DNA of 64,000 bases. Source: an uncultured cyanobacterium (lineage in GTDB: Bacteria; Cyanobacteriota; Cyanobacteriia; CAKZMO01). The notes under the pieces are model-generated. The model was not told where the DNA came from and ran no database searches. It worked only from the letters and a program-made list of their open reading frames with translations. Shown piece by piece: positions 30,617 to 40,792 of this stretch. The stretch covers positions 96,001 to 160,000 of the forward strand of contig CAVRCJ010000019.1 in the NCBI GenBank assembly GCA_963719515.1. The letters are read 5' to 3'. The position numbers were made by a program, and so were the translations under genes. Positions within the stretch are counted from its first letter, which is position 1, and every line of letters begins with the position of its first letter.

Positions 30617-31642
30617 TTACTTAAAAACGCGAGCAAGCTGCTTAAAGTTCTCCAGCACGCGCCCCGTTCCCAACACAACACAGCTCAGCGGATCGGCGGC
30701 AATGTGAACCACTATGCCGGTCTCGTGGCTGATGAGGGTGTCAAGCTCTTTGAGCAGCGCCCCACCTCCCGCCAGCATAATGCCGCGGTCGACGATGTCA
30801 GCAGCAAGTTCTGGCGGCGTCCGCTCTAAGGTACGCTTAACGGCGTCAATAATAACGGAAAGGGGCTCAGACATGGCTTCTCGCATCTCGGGAGCCTTGA
30901 CGGTTACCGTTCTCGGCAGGCCTGATAGCAGATGAAGGCCGCGCACTTCTATTGTCATCTCCTCCTCGTTGGGCGTAGGGTAGGCTGAGCCAATAGATAT
31001 TTTGATCTCCTCAGCCGTGCGCTCACCGATCACTAAGTTATGCACCTTCTTCATGTATTGGACCAGTGCATCGCTAAGCTCATCTCCAGCAACCCGCACC
31101 GACTCGCTGAGGACGGTGCCCTGAAGGCTGAGGACGGCGACTTCAGTAGTTCCCCCACCGATATCGATGATCATGTTGCCGGTGGCCTCGGCCACTGGCA
31201 ATCCGGCCCCAATCGCGGCGGCTACCGGCTCGTCGATTAGGTGAACTTCCCGCGCCCCGGCCTCCCGCGCGGCATCTTCCACGGCCCGGCGCTCTACCCC
31301 GGTAACGCCGCTGGGGATGCCGATGACGATGCGCGGAGAGACCAAGGTTCGTCCCTCATGAACCCGCCGGATGAAATGCTTCAGCATGATTTCGGCGGTG
31401 TCAAAATCCGCAATGACGCCGTCTCGGAGGGGCCTCAAGGCCAAAACGTTTCCGGGGGTCCGCCCCAGCATCTTCTTGGCGTCCTCCCCTACAGCGAGCG
31501 GCGTCTTATCATTTTGGTCAATGGCGACGACCGAAGGCTCTTGCAGCACAATGCCTTTACCCGAAACGTAAACGAGGGTATTGGCGGTACCGAGGTCGAT
31601 ACCCATGTCGCGTGACAGCGAGAAGCGATTTAGAATTCCCAC
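30617..31642 (-). CDS. mreB: Rod shape-determining protein MreB
   Basis: GIDLGTANT, DIGGGTTE, LAGGGALL. Confidence 0.98.
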   Translation of the reverse strand: MGILNRFSLSRDMGIDLGTANTLVYVSGKGIVLQEPSVVAIDQNDKTPLAVGEDAKKMLGRTPGNVLALRPLRDGVIADFDTAEIMLKHFIRRVHEGRTLVSPRIVIGIPSGVTGVERRAVEDAAREAGAREVHLIDEPVAAAIGAGLPVAEATGNMIIDIGGGTTEVAVLSLQGTVLSESVRVAGDELSDALVQYMKKVHNLVIGERTAEEIKISIGSAYPTPNEEEMTIEVRGLHLLSGLPRTVTVKAPEMREAMSEPLSVIIDAVKRTLERTPPELAADIVDRGIMLAGGGALLKELDTLISHETGIVVHIAADPLSCVVLGTGRVLENFKQLARVFK

Positions 31643-32096
31643 GAGTTATTTACTCTCCCAAAAGTTGGACGGATAGATGGTAATACGGTCGGGAATTTAT
31701 TCACCAGAGCGCTAGCGACAGCTGACCTAGCACGCTGAGACTTTGTGACGCTGTGGTTTTCAAGGGTAGACCTGGACTAATTGACCTTAGTGGTTCGCTG
31801 CTCACAGCACGCTCTCTACCAACAATACCTAAACGGTCAGGATTCTATTACGTTTTCGGGATATCGTCTAGTGATGTCGTACCAGTTTAGGAAGCGATCG
31901 CAATATCAGGGGCGGTCAGGCCCAACTGGACCAATTAGGGTAGATGCACTGAGATTACATCCATTATGCCTGCCGTCGACCTCGAGTCCTCGCACAGACC
32001 TGAACAGATTGCAACAGTTGTAGACCTCTATCGTCACGCTATTCTGGAAGATGGAAACTATTACCGCCAATACAGCGTTAGGACTGAGCGATCGAT

Positions 32097-32456
32097 ATGG
32101 GACTAAACACCATCAATCTAGTGGGTCGGGCGGGGCGCGACCCCGACGTACGCTACTTTGAGTCAGGCAGCGTGTTGTGCCGGCTGACGCTGGCAGTTGA
32201 CCGCCGCCGCCGCAATAGCGATGAGCCCGACTGGTTTAACTTAGAGATCTGGGGCAGAACGGCTGAGATTGCAGCCAACTACGTGCGCAAGGGAAGCCTC
32301 ATTGGCATCAGCGGCGCGCTCAAGATTGACCGCTGGCAAGATCGCTCTACGGGAGCCGACCGCACCAGCCCTTCTATTCGCGTCGATCGCTTAGAGCTGC
32401 TAGGGTCGAAGCGAGACAACGAAGCCCAAGGCGGCGGAAACTACGACGAATTTTAA
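32097..32456 (+). CDS. ssb: Single-stranded DNA-binding protein
   Basis: NLVGRAGRDPDVRYF, WFNLEIWG, acidic C-terminus ending DEF. Confidence 0.95.
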   Translation: MGLNTINLVGRAGRDPDVRYFESGSVLCRLTLAVDRRRRNSDEPDWFNLEIWGRTAEIAANYVRKGSLIGISGALKIDRWQDRSTGADRTSPSIRVDRLELLGSKRDNEAQGGGNYDEF

Positions 32457-32463
32457 GTCCCCG

Positions 32464-32490
32464 CAGGGGCACGGCACCGCCGTGCCCCTG
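32464..32490. repeat. REP-like palindrome/terminator between convergent ssb and DUF3531 genes
   Basis: CAGGGGCACGGC-ACC-GCCGTGCCCCTG, 12-bp perfect stem followed by TAAAAA. Confidence 0.65.
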
Positions 32491-32544
32491 TAAAAAGGCA
32501 TACCGCTCACCGACAGAGTTCTTTTGCCGGCAGTTTGACTGAGT

Positions 32545-33006
32545 CTAATTTTGGTCCAAATCGGCCCGAGGAATAAAGGTGCGCTCGTGTTCAGGCGCTG
32601 GCCAGTCGGGGTTCTCCCCGCCAATGATCAGCCGCTTGATGGTGACGTAGTCTCGGCTAAACTGGGTCAGCGCATTGACCAATGCGTCGAGGGCGATCGC
32701 ATCTGAAGTGCCCAGATCAAACCAGCAGCGCACCCAAAAGCCGTTGTACTCTAAATCGGCCATGTTGTGCATCACCGACATCAACGTGCGGTCGGCGGCG
32801 TCTTGGTCATAGGGCAGATAGCTAACGTCAATTCCCGCCTCCTGCACCTGCAGGTTCTCGGCGTTGAAGCCCCCCAGCTTGCCTAAGAAAAACCAGGAGC
32901 TAAAGATCTCCTCAAAATACTGCTGCTCGGAGGAGGTGGGGACCGTCTCCAGCTCCAGCCAAATCCAAAGATCGAAGACATTGCATTCGCGAAATTCAAC
33001 TTCCAT
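32545..33006 (-). CDS. DUF3531 family protein
   Basis: MEVEFRE, SWFFLGKLGGFNAENLQ, CWFDLGTSD, IGGEN.DW. Confidence 0.88.
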   Translation of the reverse strand: MEVEFRECNVFDLWIWLELETVPTSSEQQYFEEIFSSWFFLGKLGGFNAENLQVQEAGIDVSYLPYDQDAADRTLMSVMHNMADLEYNGFWVRCWFDLGTSDAIALDALVNALTQFSRDYVTIKRLIIGGENPDWPAPEHERTFIPRADLDQN

Positions 33007-33073
33007 AAAAACTCAGCGAGGGGAACTTTGTGTAGTCTTAGGGTTTTGACCGGGCCAGCTAGGCAGCAGGCGA

Positions 33074-34201
33074 CTAGCGATCCGCTAGACCAACCGCATC
33101 CGAGATATGGGCCACGCCCGCTTGGTCCATCCGATGCAGTAGGTACTCTAGTATACGGCGGGTCATTCCCGGACCTTCATAAATCCAGCCGGTGTACACC
33201 TGCAGCAGGCTTGCCCCCGCCGTGATTTTCTCCCAGGCGTCTTCCCCGGTAAAGACGCCGCCTACGCCAACAATAGGCAGCTTTCCTCCTGTATAGCGGT
33301 AGATGAACCGAATCACTTCTGTGGCGCGCGATCGCAGCGGTGCGCCGCTGAGCCCCCCCGCCTCTTGGGCTACGGGCTGCCCCGTACGGCGAATTCTTAA
33401 GGTCATCAAGTGGGCGCGACTGAGGGTGGTGTTGGTCGCAATGATGCCCGAAATTCCCAAGGATTGGGCTAGGTCTAGCACTGCTGCAAGGTCATCCCAG
33501 GCGAGATCGGGGGAAATTTTGATCAAGATAGGCAACCCCCCTGTGTTGAGGGACTGGAGACGCTCCAATATGGGCTGCAGCTGCTCTACGGCCTGCAGCG
33601 ATCGCAGCCCTGGGGTATTAGGAGAAGAGACATTGACCACTACGTACTCTCCCAGACCTTGGAGAGCTGTGAAGCTGTGGCCGTAATCTTCGACCGCCTC
33701 ATCCAAGGGGGTGATTTTAGACTTGCCTATATTGAGCCCTAGGGGAATGGGGTGAGCTGCGTCGCCCCAGGTTTGCTCCAAGGTATGAGCTAGGGCTTCT
33801 GCCCCCTGATTATTGAAGCCCATGCGGTTGAGGGCGGCCCGATCGCTCGCCAATCGAAATAGTCTGGGAAGCGGGTTACCAGGCTGAGCACGGCGGGTGA
33901 CGGTGCCCAGCTCGGCAAAGCCGAAGCCTAGCCAATGCCACGCTCCTGAGGCGAGACCGTCTTTGTCAAAGCCCGCCGCTAGCCCCACAGGGTTGGCGAA
34001 GGGAACGTTCCAAATCGATTGGGCGAGGCGGGGAGACTGAACGCAGTAGGTGGACTGTAGAATCGTCTGTACCTGACGGCCCCAAGCCTGCTGCCGGCAG
34101 AGCGATCGCAAGGCTAGAATCGTCCGCCGCTGCAGCTGCTCTGGGTTGACGTCGGCAGCGCCCGCGACAAGCGGACGAATTGCTAAATAAGGATCAAACA
34201 T
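33074..34201 (-). CDS. pyrD: Quinone-dependent dihydroorotate dehydrogenase
   Basis: NPVGLAAGFDK, NRMGFNN, NVSSPNTPGLR, KISPDL, GGLSG. Confidence 0.97.
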   Translation of the reverse strand: MFDPYLAIRPLVAGAADVNPEQLQRRTILALRSLCRQQAWGRQVQTILQSTYCVQSPRLAQSIWNVPFANPVGLAAGFDKDGLASGAWHWLGFGFAELGTVTRRAQPGNPLPRLFRLASDRAALNRMGFNNQGAEALAHTLEQTWGDAAHPIPLGLNIGKSKITPLDEAVEDYGHSFTALQGLGEYVVVNVSSPNTPGLRSLQAVEQLQPILERLQSLNTGGLPILIKISPDLAWDDLAAVLDLAQSLGISGIIATNTTLSRAHLMTLRIRRTGQPVAQEAGGLSGAPLRSRATEVIRFIYRYTGGKLPIVGVGGVFTGEDAWEKITAGASLLQVYTGWIYEGPGMTRRILEYLLHRMDQAGVAHISDAVGLADR

Positions 34202-34426
34202 TGAGCAGCGGCTGGTTTACGATGGATAGTCGCGGCGGACCACTCCTATCTAACCAGACGACGCAGGGCGGGCGCTAGGCCCACTGCTTGCCGCATCCTG
34301 TTGAGAATGCCAATATCAGGTATATTCTGTCCAAGGATAGGGCGCGATGGTGCTGATGTTTTGACGTTGACCTTTCAACGATAGTCCCTAGGTGCCTGAT
34401 GTATCTACGAGAACGAGACAACCATC

Positions 34427-37204
34427 ATGAGCGGGCAACCGATCGATAGGCAGCTAAGCGCACTGGGGCGAACGCTTCAGGTGCTTCGGGATGAGAATAG
34501 CAAGACTGCTCAGATTGACCACGTTATCGCTCATATCGACGCAGAGTTTGACTACGCCCTAATTTGGGTGGGGCTATACGACCGTCCCACTCAACAGATG
34601 TTTGGTCAAGGGGGGCGATCGCCCACGCGCGACCCGCAGCCGTTAACTCAAGACTTTGCCCTTGTGCCAGGAAGCCTGCTTGAGCAGGTGGTCGTGCAGC
34701 AGCGGCCCGTGGGGTTGCCCAACCTACAAGATGAGTTTCGCGCTGGGCGGTGGCAAAAAATTGCCAAGCGTCTGGGCATTCAGGGGACCTTGGCGTTTCC
34801 CATTCGCCACAAAAACACCTGTCTTGGCGTGGCGCTATTGGGGGTCACTTACTGGGGTGTCCCTGCACAGTCGAGCGACAAGGCCCGGCTCTCAATGCTT
34901 TTTGGGGAGCTTGGTGCGGCATTAAACCGCATCGACATGGCCTACCAGCGCGGTCAAATTAAGCAAACCGCAGCCCCCCTACTGTCTCTGCTGTCGGAGC
35001 TCGGCCATCTGCCTTCAGTAGAGAGCCGCCTTGCTGCTATCACCCGCGAAACCCACCAGTTTGTTGGTGCGAGCCGCACCTACATCTACTGGCTCGACTA
35101 CGAGAGCCGTCTATTTGGGCATCGAATGGGGCAACCGGGAAGTCGTCAGGTTACGAAAACCAGCTTGAACAAGCTGAGTCCAGCCCCACCTGCCCAAATT
35201 TTCGTTCAGGAGGCCGGTCCGTTCTACCAAAGTCTGACGGCCAACAGTCTGATTGCAATCAGCGACGCCAACAGCGCTGTACAGACGGAGAACGTGGGCC
35301 AGCTCATGTCAAAGTTGCGGATTCAGTCTTTTCTAGCGGCTCCTATTATGTTCCAGGGGGAGCTCTTAGGATTTTTGGGCGTAGACGGCAAAGCGCCTCG
35401 ACTATGGACTGGAGAAGAAAAGGCCTACCTCTGTGGGGCGGCTCAGCTGGCGAGTCTCGTTGCCCCACTGGATGGAGCCGAGCAGGTCGTGACTCAAATT
35501 CAGCAAAACCAAGCGCTGGTCGCTGAAGTCTCCCACGCCATTTACAGCCGTGAGGACTGGAGTCAGGTACTGCAGGACTGCAGCGATCGCTTGGTCGAGC
35601 GGCTCAACGTCAAGCGAGTGTGGGTCTTGACCTACCGTGAGCAGCAGGAGCGGTTTATCGTCATGTACGAGCACGGCAAGGGGGCCTCTGTGGCCAGTCC
35701 CCTGGACGCTTTGGACAAAATTGACTGGCAAATGCTAGAGCACAGCCAAAGCGCAGTGAGCGTTGAAGACGTCGACGACGAGCTGAAGCTAATGGCCTGG
35801 CGGGACGCCTTTCTCAATATTGGGGTGCGATCGCTTTTGGTTTGTCATACCGCCATTGGCAGTCCCCTGAAGGGACTGCTGGTGGTTGGGGATGACCACG
35901 CCCGCGTGTGGAATTCTATTGAGCAGGATTTGCTGCGGGCGGCCGGGCAGCAGATTGGGTTAGTTCTACGTCAATTTCAGCTCTACGGCGAAATTGAACA
36001 GCAGCAGCATATCTATGACTCAATCAAAAGCAGTCTGGATATCATGCATGAGACGCAGCAGCTCAGTACGCTGGAGCAGACGGCGGTCAAGCATGTTGCC
36101 GCACTGACCCAAGTGCCCCTGGCCGCGCTGATCACCTGGTGTCCTGGGCAGTCAGTCGCTCAGGTCTCAGCCATTGCGATCGCCAACCACCGCTTTGAGA
36201 TTCAGCCAGAGGCTCAAGTTGATATTCACACAGACCCTCTGCTGAAGCGGGGACTCGAGCAGCAGGGGATCGTGCGGTTGAGTCAGCAGCAGCTCTCGAT
36301 AGAAACCCGGCGCTGGCTCGTGGGACAAGACATCGGACAGCTGCTGGCCGTTGCGCTCAGAACGACGGTGGACTATAGCCCCAGCGGCTTGCTTTTAATT
36401 GCTGATGGTTCGGAGCGGCTTTGGCTTGACCGACAGGTCAAAACCCTTGAAATTCTGTGTGGTCAGCTCGCTTGGGCGAGGCGATATCTGACGCTTACCG
36501 AGACCCTTACTGCCCAGCGGCAGCAGCTAGAGCTGCTCAACTGGTATAAGCATCGGCGACTAGAGGACCTGTATCGCTCGGTAACTCAGCACACGGCTCA
36601 GCTCACTGAGCTGAGTCACCAAAAAGATGCGTTGGCCAGCATGCGCTACCACCAAGCGGTGCGAAATTTGGGCGGGTCGCTAAAGCGGACGCAGCCTGTG
36701 GTCACAGATGAAAAGTGGCAACTGCAGTCCAAAGAGACGCTCTTGCCGCTAGTGACGCTGCTCAAGCGGGCCAAAGAACGGATTGAGCCCTGGATAGAGA
36801 GACAAAAGCTCTGGATCCAGATTCACAATACCCACACCCTGAGCATCAGCTCGGACAGCCAAAAAATTGAGCTGGTGCTGCATGAAGCCTTGACTGCCGC
36901 CTGCGAGCGATCGCCCGAGAGGGGGCGAATCGATATTTGGTGTCGTCCACTCGATTTTCACTGGCTGGAAATCATTGTTACGGACTACGGCAGTATTCAA
37001 CCTAGCCTTCTAGAGGCGCTTCGCAATGGTCGAGACGCCGATCTGCTGGTCGCTTCACCGCTAGATCACCCCCCGGGACTACACCTTGCCATTAGTCAGT
37101 CCTTGATGCAGCAGTTTGGCGGAGAGCTGAGCTTCTACCCCCTTGAGGATGGCCGCACCGTGAGCCGACTGCTGGTTCCCATTGCCACCGGGGGGAAAGC
37201 CTAG
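34427..37204 (+). CDS. Multi-GAF sensor with degenerate histidine-kinase-like C-terminus
   Basis: Several GAF repeats (LAFPIRH...LGV; FLAAPI...LLGFL; SLLVC...GLLVV) and an HATPase-like end (VTDYG, PPGLHL). Confidence 0.82.
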   Translation: MSGQPIDRQLSALGRTLQVLRDENSKTAQIDHVIAHIDAEFDYALIWVGLYDRPTQQMFGQGGRSPTRDPQPLTQDFALVPGSLLEQVVVQQRPVGLPNLQDEFRAGRWQKIAKRLGIQGTLAFPIRHKNTCLGVALLGVTYWGVPAQSSDKARLSMLFGELGAALNRIDMAYQRGQIKQTAAPLLSLLSELGHLPSVESRLAAITRETHQFVGASRTYIYWLDYESRLFGHRMGQPGSRQVTKTSLNKLSPAPPAQIFVQEAGPFYQSLTANSLIAISDANSAVQTENVGQLMSKLRIQSFLAAPIMFQGELLGFLGVDGKAPRLWTGEEKAYLCGAAQLASLVAPLDGAEQVVTQIQQNQALVAEVSHAIYSREDWSQVLQDCSDRLVERLNVKRVWVLTYREQQERFIVMYEHGKGASVASPLDALDKIDWQMLEHSQSAVSVEDVDDELKLMAWRDAFLNIGVRSLLVCHTAIGSPLKGLLVVGDDHARVWNSIEQDLLRAAGQQIGLVLRQFQLYGEIEQQQHIYDSIKSSLDIMHETQQLSTLEQTAVKHVAALTQVPLAALITWCPGQSVAQVSAIAIANHRFEIQPEAQVDIHTDPLLKRGLEQQGIVRLSQQQLSIETRRWLVGQDIGQLLAVALRTTVDYSPSGLLLIADGSERLWLDRQVKTLEILCGQLAWARRYLTLTETLTAQRQQLELLNWYKHRRLEDLYRSVTQHTAQLTELSHQKDALASMRYHQAVRNLGGSLKRTQPVVTDEKWQLQSKETLLPLVTLLKRAKERIEPWIERQKLWIQIHNTHTLSISSDSQKIELVLHEALTAACERSPERGRIDIWCRPLDFHWLEIIVTDYGSIQPSLLEALRNGRDADLLVASPLDHPPGLHLAISQSLMQQFGGELSFYPLEDGRTVSRLLVPIATGGKA

Positions 37205-40023
37205 ACCGCCTCAGAGGCCGCTGGCGTCGCCGTTTGCTGCGGCTGCGGCTGAAACTGGAATAGAGAGTAGACGACGTTTCGGCGAATGTCGGTCATCATG
37301 GCGAGGAACAGCTCGTAGCCCTCGCTCTTATACTCCACCAGCGGATCCTGCTGACCATAGCCCCGCAGCCCTACCGACTCCCGTAGGGCATCCATCTGCT
37401 GCAGGTGCTCCCGCCACAGCGAGTCGATTTGCTGGAGGATGAAGAACCGCTCCGCCTGGCGCATGAAGCCGGGCTTAATAGACTCCACTTGGGCTTCCTT
37501 GACGTCATAGGCAATCCGCACCTGCTCGTGCAGGAAGGTCTTCATTTCACTGACGGTTAGGTTCTCGATGTGGGAAGGCTCCATGTCGGCGAGCAGATAG
37601 ACGAACTCCTTCACCTTGGCGACCAGCTTGTCCAGCTGCCATTCTTCGGGCGGTAGCTCGGGGTTGACGTAGGCCTCAACGATGTCGTCCATCGTCTGCT
37701 CGGCGTACTTGATCACCTGCTCTTTGAGGTCTTGGCCTTCCAGCACGCGGCGACGCTCGGCGTAGATGGCGCGGCGCTGGTTGTTCATCACCTCGTCGTA
37801 CTCGAACACCTGCTTTCGCATGTCGTAGTAGTAGGTCTCGACCTTCTTCTGCGCCCCCTCCAAAGAGCGGGTCAAGAAGCCGGACTCGATGGGCATGTCC
37901 TCCTCGACGCGGAAGGCGTTCATCAGCCCTGCGACGCGATCGCCGCCAAAAATTCGCAGCAGGTTGTCCTGCAGACTCAGGAAAAAGCGCGTCGAGCCTG
38001 GGTCTCCCTGACGACCGGCGCGGCCCCGCAGCTGGTTGTCGACCCGGCGCGATTCGTGACGCTCGGTGCCTATGACATGCAGGCCCCCCAGCTGAATCAC
38101 CTCTTCGTGCTCTGCCTCCGTGTAGCCGTCATACTGCTTGCGGATGGCGTTGTAGGAGTCTCGCAGCTTCGCAATGACCGGGTCTTCCGTGGGCGCTTTC
38201 TCAGCGGCGGTAGCCACCTTGTCCTCTGCCTCTAGCTCCGGCAGCGATCGCTCCCCGTACTGCTTGGCGGCAAAGTCCACAGCCGCTTTGAGCTGCTTTT
38301 CCAGCTCCGGCGACACCTCGGTCGGATAGATCTGGGGTGACACCTTCCAGGTTTTTTCTTTGCCCTTGCCGTCCGCGTCAAAGCCTTTGCTGCTGTTGCG
38401 GCGGCTCGCCCCAGCCACCTTGGTGACTGAGAAGCCCTCGTCCTCCGGCTGCACAATGCGCGGCATAAAGTACTCCCGCACCTTGAGCCGGGCCATGTAG
38501 TCCGAGTTGCCCCCCAAAATGATGTCCGTACCCCGGCCCGCCATATTGGTGGCGATAGTCACCGCCTCTTTACGCCCGGCCTGAGCCACAATCTCCGACT
38601 CCCGCTCCACGTTTTCCGGCTTGGCGTTCAGCAGGTTATGCTCCACGTCCAGCTCGCTCAACAGTTGGGAGAGCAGCTCCGATTTTTCGACACTGGTGGT
38701 GCCCACCAGTACAGGACGGCCATCGCGGTGCATATCGGCACATTCTTGAGCCACCGCCGCCCACTTCGCATCCTCGGTTTTATACACCACATCCGACAAG
38801 TCGGCGCGGCCCGTAGGACGATTGGTGGGGATAATTGTCACCTCGAGGTTATAGATCTTGCCGAATTCTGCCTCTTCCGTTTTGGCAGTACCCGTCATGC
38901 CCGCTAGTTTGGGGTAGAGCAGGAAGAAGTTTTGGTAGGTGATGGTGGCCATGGTCTGGGTCTCGGGCTGGATCTCCACCCGCTCCTTGGCCTCGATGGC
39001 TTGGTGTAGGCCGTCGCTCCACCGCCGTCCCGGCATCACTCGCCCGGTAAATTCATCGACAATCACCACCTCGTCATTGCGGACAATGTAGTTGACGTCT
39101 TTGATGAACAGCTCCTTGGCCTTCACCGCATTGAACATGTAGTGAGCCCAGGGATCCTTGGGGTCGAACAGGTCGGTAACCCCCAAAATATTTTCGGCCT
39201 CGATGTAGCCTTCGTCCGCCAGCAGCACGTTGCGGGCCTTCTCATCTACCTCGTAGTGCCCCGACTCGTCGTCCTCGTCGGCTTTACGCTGTAGGGCCGA
39301 CGCCACCTGGGCCGCCTTCACGTACTTCTCGCTGGGATTGTTCACCTGACCAGAAATAATCAGCGGCGTTCGGGCCTCATCTACCAGCACCGAATCCACT
39401 TCATCGATGATGCAGTAGTTAAACGATCGCTGCACCACGTCATCTGCTGACGTGGCCATGTTGTCCCGCAGGTAGTCAAACCCCAGCTCGCTGTTGGTGC
39501 CGTAGGTGATGTCGCAGGCGTAGTTCTTGCGGCGCTCCGGCGGGCTCATGCCTTGCTGAATCAGGCCGACGCTTAGGCCCAAAAAGCGGTGGACCTGGCC
39601 CATCCATTCGGCGTCCCGCCGCGCCAGGTAGTCGTTGACGGTGACGACGTGAACGCCCTTGCCCTCTAGCGCATTGAGGTAAGCGGGTAGGGTGGAGACC
39701 AGGGTCTTTCCTTCCCCCGTTTTCATCTCGGCGATTTGCCCTTCATGGAGCACCATGCCGCCCACCAGCTGCACGTCGTAGTGGCGCATGCCGAGCACTC
39801 GCCGGGCTGCCTCCCGCACTACGGCAAAGGCTTCGGGCAGCAGGTCGTCTAGAGATTCGCCCTTCTCGATCCGCTGCCTAAACTCGTTTGTTTTGTCCGC
39901 TAGCGCGTCGTCAGAGAGAGGCTGTACCTCTTCTTCTAGCAAATTGATTTCAACCACGTCGGGCCGATATCGCTTTAGCTTTCGCGCGTTTGGATCGCCA
40001 AGCAGCTTTTTTAGCATGACCAA
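37201..40023 (-). CDS. secA: Preprotein translocase subunit SecA
   Basis: [35 protein letters not shown]. Confidence 0.98.
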   Translation of the reverse strand: MVMLKKLLGDPNARKLKRYRPDVVEINLLEEEVQPLSDDALADKTNEFRQRIEKGESLDDLLPEAFAVVREAARRVLGMRHYDVQLVGGMVLHEGQIAEMKTGEGKTLVSTLPAYLNALEGKGVHVVTVNDYLARRDAEWMGQVHRFLGLSVGLIQQGMSPPERRKNYACDITYGTNSELGFDYLRDNMATSADDVVQRSFNYCIIDEVDSVLVDEARTPLIISGQVNNPSEKYVKAAQVASALQRKADEDDESGHYEVDEKARNVLLADEGYIEAENILGVTDLFDPKDPWAHYMFNAVKAKELFIKDVNYIVRNDEVVIVDEFTGRVMPGRRWSDGLHQAIEAKERVEIQPETQTMATITYQNFFLLYPKLAGMTGTAKTEEAEFGKIYNLEVTIIPTNRPTGRADLSDVVYKTEDAKWAAVAQECADMHRDGRPVLVGTTSVEKSELLSQLLSELDVEHNLLNAKPENVERESEIVAQAGRKEAVTIATNMAGRGTDIILGGNSDYMARLKVREYFMPRIVQPEDEGFSVTKVAGASRRNSSKGFDADGKGKEKTWKVSPQIYPTEVSPELEKQLKAAVDFAAKQYGERSLPELEAEDKVATAAEKAPTEDPVIAKLRDSYNAIRKQYDGYTEAEHEEVIQLGGLHVIGTERHESRRVDNQLRGRAGRQGDPGSTRFFLSLQDNLLRIFGGDRVAGLMNAFRVEEDMPIESGFLTRSLEGAQKKVETYYYDMRKQVFEYDEVMNNQRRAIYAERRRVLEGQDLKEQVIKYAEQTMDDIVEAYVNPELPPEEWQLDKLVAKVKEFVYLLADMEPSHIENLTVSEMKTFLHEQVRIAYDVKEAQVESIKPGFMRQAERFFILQQIDSLWREHLQQMDALRESVGLRGYGQQDPLVEYKSEGYELFLAMMTDIRRNVVYSLFQFQPQPQQTATPAASEAV

Positions 40024-40171
40024 AAAGGGAAGATAAGGGTGAGAGGCATTGAACTATCAGGCGCTGGGTCAGCTCTAACGTGAGCTAAATCGCGCCTAAC
40101 GTAATCCATTTAGTGTATCTCTTAGTGTAGCTCCATTGGCAGGGGGAAAGGCTGCTGCTGTAGGGAAAGCA

Positions 40172-40768
40172 CTACGGTGCGTCGGCCCAGTCTGCCGTCA
40201 GCTCTCGGAAGTTAAATAGGGTGGCTTGGGGATGACAGGTAACGCAGCCCTGCAGTCGAACAGGTTCGGTAAACTCGACTCGGGGATGGAGAGCCTTGAA
40301 GTAGCGCGAGTTTTCTAGGCGGAACGGCGGCAGCTCTTCGCCTTGAAGCGATCGCGAAAACTGCTGCAGATACTGCCAAATTAGGAGTCGACCCGGATCG
40401 GTTGGGGGCGAAATCTGCAGGCCGTAGTGGCCCGGCTCCTCCAGAAGCCGCTGCCAGCTTTGGTCAGGCAGCACCGCTGGCGGTATGCCGATGTGGCAGG
40501 TGGCGCAGGCGTTGAGGTAGAGAGACTGGCCGAGCTGGTGCTCGGGCGGAACGGGGTCTACGGTACCCGTGACGACCGCCGCCTCGGACATCCCCCCTGA
40601 AGAGGGAACTTGAGCCACTGATGGCCTACCGCTGGAGGTGACGCTCAGGGCAAGCCCCAATCCAAGGCAGAGCAGTACGGTCCACAGCGGAAACTGCCGC
40701 AGCATGACTCGGCAAGCTCGCAGCAGCGCCCGAGGCCGCGAAGTGGAATTGGGGTGAGACTGTGACAC
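40172..40768 (-). CDS. Diheme cytochrome c (DHC family)
   Basis: Signal/TM segment and two heme-binding motifs, CATCH and CVTCH. Confidence 0.82.
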   Translation of the reverse strand: MSQSHPNSTSRPRALLRACRVMLRQFPLWTVLLCLGLGLALSVTSSGRPSVAQVPSSGGMSEAAVVTGTVDPVPPEHQLGQSLYLNACATCHIGIPPAVLPDQSWQRLLEEPGHYGLQISPPTDPGRLLIWQYLQQFSRSLQGEELPPFRLENSRYFKALHPRVEFTEPVRLQGCVTCHPQATLFNFRELTADWADAP

Positions 40769-40792
40769 TGAATGACCTGCTTGTCTTTAGTC

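Noticed and set aside
31781..32023. 80-aa ORF between mreB and ssb
   Set aside because: TTG start, no motif, and located in a divergent promoter region.
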